A stretch of 48,493 nt of DNA, taken from the NCBI GenBank assembly GCA_030141605.1, contig JAQGDQ010000345.1, positions 204,062 through 252,554 on the forward strand. Direction: 5' to 3'. The notes under the pieces are model-generated. The model did not search any database and had not been told where the DNA came from. It worked only from the letters and a program-made list of their open reading frames with translations. The DNA comes from Tubiluchus corallicola. Taxonomy: Eukaryota > Animalia > Priapulida. Shown here in pieces: positions 46,201-48,493 of this stretch; within the stretch, counting starts at the first letter, position 1, and each line of letters opens with the position of its first letter. The position numbers and the translations under genes are program-made.

Positions 46201-48238
46201 TTTACTATTTAGTGTTCAACCGCTAACTACGTAAGATTTATTACTAGCTAAGTAAGAAAGATGGGTGATTTTAAGCAAACAGAAAGAAATTAGTAAGTAG
46301 AAGTATGAATGAAACTCCTGAAACATTTAATTTTCATGAATTAATTAGCATAAACTTTTGCATCTGGAACGTAGTTCAATTCTTTTATAGTATTTTACGT
46401 GAAATTCTCCATGTCGTATTGGAGTCGTTCAGCGAGCACTTACTGTAATCACTTAGTCACTAGTAAGCTGTATTTTGTGCATCGTTTTAGCGTGTTAACT
46501 GGGTCAGGTTTCTACAATTTTTTTTTGATAAACTTTCATTTTCTATTTTTATTTTGTTTGTTTCGCATATTCACAGTATTTTAGAATTGTAAATTTTTGG
46601 TTACCGTATTTTCCCATGTATAAGAGACCCTTTTTTGCTCAGAATTTTCACTTTAAAAATAGGGGGTCTCTTATACATGGGAGTAAGCCAACCCTTGGAG
46701 AAGTCTGCAGCTGGGTCCTCAAGGCATGGAATGGTGTAAAGCCAGAGGTCATTATTAAATCTTTCAAGAAGTGTGGCATCTCCAATGCCATGGACGGCAC
46801 AGAGGACAATGCCATTTTTGAGCAGAGTGACTCCTCTAATGATGAACTTGCTGGAATTGCTGAAGGTCTGACTCCAGTTGATATTTTTGATGAGAGTGAT
46901 GAGGAATTTAATGATTTCTATGATGAATAAAGTTATTCATTACCAAAAAACTTTTTTCCAGAATTTTTGCCTAAAAATTGAAGGGGTCTCTTATACACAA
47001 GGGTCTCTTATACATGGGAAAATACGGTATTTAAATTATAATGTTCGTATTGCGTATTTCGTATTACAGTATTGCGTTTCCCATCAGTTAATTGCCAATT
47101 ACGTCACGTCAACAGAATTCAAATTTAAATTGAAAACGGTGCCAAAATTAATTTTACTTAATCCTAGCTATTTAAGGGTGGCTGACTAGATAACCTCCGG
47201 GTTCTTCACTGCCCTTCTCCTTTGTTACATAATATTGCATGTATTCCTAATACTGTATTTTATTAATTCTTGAGGAGTTAATAAATATATTGAATTGAAT
47301 TGAATTCATAAGCTGAACCTTTGCACAAAGTAATTTACGTAGGGATGAAAGATATGGGCGCGTATCAGTTGTAAGTTTGTTCCGTGGAGTATTCTGTGAT
47401 TGTAAACTGAATGCTTGGCTTAATGTTTGAATCTGGTGCTGCTACGCTGAATTACATTGCAAGATTGCTTATTGTTCACTATGTTAGCATGTTAAATTGC
47501 CTGTAATGTATGCAGGGATGAGAATGTGGAATTCCGAGTTTTTGGAAGACCAGTAGTGCCATTTTTGTAAATCGCGTAAATTCGTTGAGAAAATTTTTAC
47601 GGACCCAGTACATTATTTCACAAGCTGACCGCTAGTTGGCAGGCCGTCACTTTGTTTACATCACGTACATAGGCATAACCACGTGTATATCTCTACGTAT
47701 AAAAATATAGAATCAATTGTGCGGAGTTATTTGAGTCAATTGCAGACAGTTTTTATATACTTTTGCATAGGAGCGGCCAGTACTTAGACGTTTTTGAGAC
47801 AATTAGGTATCATGTATCCTTGATAGTTGGGTATTTTAAATTATGCATGAAACAAGGTAACTGATATTTTAAGTCCACTTAGAGGCTCTCTATGATCACA
47901 AAATTGCAATTTGTTGCTGGCTTCAAGCGGGCTTTGCCCCTCAACCCCATTGGGGGCCTACGCGGCCCCTGAACCCCCGGCCTGTTTCAGAGTTTTTTGC
48001 AATTTGTCATTCTCATCCCTGTAAATTGCCTGTAATATATGTGCATGTTGCGAATTCGATTTGTTATTTGCTTGTGCAAGCATAATATGGTTGCCTGTTA
48101 TTAAAGCACTGTTTCGCGCAGGTATGCAAGCACGGTTATGCACAGCACTTGGATTTGCTACTATTCTACGGTGCCGACATGAATGCAAGGAACGGCAGCG
48201 GCAACACGCCTCTCCACGTTTGCTGCATAAACAATCAG
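31666..48238 (+). CDS. SHANK: SH3 and multiple ankyrin repeat domains protein (SHANK/Prosap): N-terminal SPN/FERM-like domain and first ankyrin repeats; continues beyond the window
   Basis: Exons 31666-31791, 35638-35709, 36433-36558, 38532-38603, 40587-40695, 43364-43515, 45088-45255 and 48122-48238, all GT-AG and in phase. Motifs LKDPLNYGLY...GKFLEEER, LEFKYKRR, KGLDPNFH, GGAHIDFR, ASPNYKD..LTPLY, LLFYGADMNA..GNTPLHVC. Confidence 0.94.
32473..32821 (+). mobile_element. tRNA-derived SINE, near full length, long (TTA)n tail
   Basis: A box TAGTCTAATGG, B box GAGTTCGAACC, central GGTCATACCAAAGACT...AAATGGTACC segment; second copy at 19839. Confidence 0.88.
33318..34231. mobile_element. Non-autonomous TIR element with TGT...ACA termini and 5-bp TSD (Ginger-like?)
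   Basis: 38-bp TIR with 2 mismatches, TGTTGGGAGCCGAGTGGACCACTGCGCCAAGTAGACCA; perfect TSD GCTCA (33313-33317, 34232-34236); internal palindromes. Confidence 0.85.
34303..35373. mobile_element. Degenerate TIR element containing a LINE 3' remnant and a (TA)n tail
   Basis: CAGTGGCGGCTC / GAGCCGCCCCTC ends. Internal region reads YGHDSVSKTAINLCNS...IKS...FKTELK, like a LINE C-terminus. (TA)n at 35239-35284. No clear TSD. Confidence 0.5.
35638..35709 (+). CDS. SHANK: SHANK coding exon 2
   Basis: KCIGLNLDASIWVAKMKVLTNVPK; ttttag / gtaatc. Confidence 0.9.
36433..36558 (+). CDS. SHANK: SHANK coding exon 3
   Basis: ELKDPLNYGLYYPACNGKAGKFLEEERMFREYCASGPVAYLE; gtag / gtgatt. Confidence 0.93.
37173..37242 (+). 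repeat. Compound (GT)n(GCGT)n microsatellite
   Basis: Seen directly. Confidence 0.97.
37414..38511 (+). repeat. Compound 23/30-bp minisatellite (53-bp higher-order unit changing to a 30-bp unit)
   Basis: AATGTACAGTACATGAACTCATCTG alternates with AATGTACAGTAGACAACCTCATCTCAATGTTC; from about 38220 onward it is mostly 30-bp monomers. Confidence 0.96.
38532..38603 (+). CDS. SHANK: SHANK coding exon 4
   Basis: FKYKRRLYKSINLDEKLLRQLHTK; ttag / gtaaat. Confidence 0.93.
40587..40695 (+). CDS. SHANK: SHANK coding exon 5
   Basis: ATLKRFLEYVKSNNIVKVGKLVAKGLDPNFHERDSG; ttcag / gtaaac. Confidence 0.93.
40987..42412 (+). repeat. 68-bp tandem array, about 21 copies
   Basis: Unit GTGTCTCTCTCAGCCTGCAATCTCGATGCGTATGCAGAGAGCTGTACTACCTCTAAGACTGATACAAA. 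Confidence 0.98.
42646..42802 (+). repeat. 78-bp tandem duplication (2 copies)
   Basis: ATTTACAGTAAGAATT...CAAGCTGACAAGTTTTACTACAA...ATTAGTAAC occurs twice. Confidence 0.9.
43364..43515 (+). CDS. SHANK: SHANK coding exon 6
   Basis: EIPLSLATKLDKPHKMLTTLVNGGAHIDFRTRDGFTALHVAAIRGCATAIE; gcag / gtattt. Confidence 0.93.
43706..44059. mobile_element. piggyBac-like MITE, copy 2 (about 100-bp internal deletion)
   Basis: Same termini and TTAA TSD; colinear with 18851-19307. Confidence 0.9.
45088..45255 (+). CDS. SHANK: SHANK coding exon 7
   Basis: TLLDLRASPNYKDSKELTPLYY...QGLQEIHL; acag / gtgcgt. Confidence 0.93.
45416..46445 (-). mobile_element. Inverted copy of Tigger-like MITE family B containing an expanded array
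   Basis: Ends GTCCTCGCTTAACGAC and GTCGTTCAGCGAGCACTTACTG|TA match the reverse complement of 30568-31320. Confidence 0.8.
45450..46146 (+). repeat. 58-bp tandem array, about 12 copies, MITE-derived
   Basis: Unit ACGTTTCGTTTTAACGACGCTGAACATTTCATACCTTTTTCTCCCTTAGTAACAC-like. Confidence 0.96.
46604..47027 (+). mobile_element. pogo-like internal-deletion derivative with a transposase C-terminal fragment
   Basis: Perfect 28-bp TIR CCGTATTTTCCCATGTATAAGAGACCCT, TA TSD. Encodes KPTLGEVCSWVLKAWNGVKPEVIIKSFKKCGISNAMDGTEDNAIF plus an acidic tail. Confidence 0.92.
47513..48021 (+). mobile_element. hAT-like MITE family A, copy 3
   Basis: Same TIR and body; flanked by a 20-bp direct duplication. Confidence 0.92.
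48122..48238 (+). CDS. SHANK: SHANK coding exon 8
   Basis: VCKHGYAQHLDLLLFYGADMNARNGSGNTPLHVCCINNQ; gcag / gtaatg. Confidence 0.93.
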
Positions 48239-48314
48239 GTAATGATCGTTGTTATCACCACCATCAACGTCATCGTCATTAACAAAATATCCCATTCTGA
48301 TTATTGCTGTCAGT

Positions 48315-48493
48315 ATTCTTCTTCCCAGCTTTTCCCTATGCGGGGTCACCGTTGTGAATGAGCCTTCTCCACGCATTCCTGTTGTTGACCATCTCTTCAT
48401 TTATGTCTTCCCTTCCCACATGATCTCCACCGACTCTTCTTTTCAGGTGTCCATACCATCGCAATCTTGCGAGGCTTCTACTACTTTTACTGT
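48315..48493 (-). mobile_element. RTE-like LINE 3' end remnant
   Basis: The minus strand ends ...GACCCCGCATAGGGAAAAGCTGGGAAGAAGA, preceded by a decayed R/W-rich C-terminal RT-like sequence. Confidence 0.5.

Overview
AT-rich animal (invertebrate-type) genomic DNA with spliceosomal GT-AG introns; the species cannot be determined from the sequence. Most short ORFs in the six-frame track are repeat artefacts. Three host genes were assembled by hand. (1) A minus-strand neutral sphingomyelinase (SMPD2/nSMase1-like) with five coding exons from ATG 23293 down to 7207; its remaining exons lie beyond position 1. (2) An Elongator subunit ELP5 ORF (17894-18763) with no intron in its coding region, nested on the SAME strand inside SMPD2 intron 1. 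It sits behind a strong splice acceptor, so it may share SMPD2's first exon. (3) A divergently oriented plus-strand SHANK/Prosap gene with eight coding exons, 31666-48238, running off the right edge. A frameshifted Gmr1-type Ty3/Gypsy LTR retrotransposon (gag-PR-INT-RT-RH order, tRNA-Leu-like PBS) sits in sense orientation in SMPD2 intron 5. The introns hold many non-autonomous DNA transposons (hAT, pogo/Tigger, piggyBac, Kolobok-like and a TGT...ACA element with a 5-bp TSD), tRNA-derived SINEs, LINE 3' remnants and five large tandem arrays. At least two arrays visibly grew out of transposon sequence. The most interesting signals are the SMPD2/ELP5 shared-exon architecture and a TIR element whose terminal 10 bp equal the end of the Gmr1 LTR.
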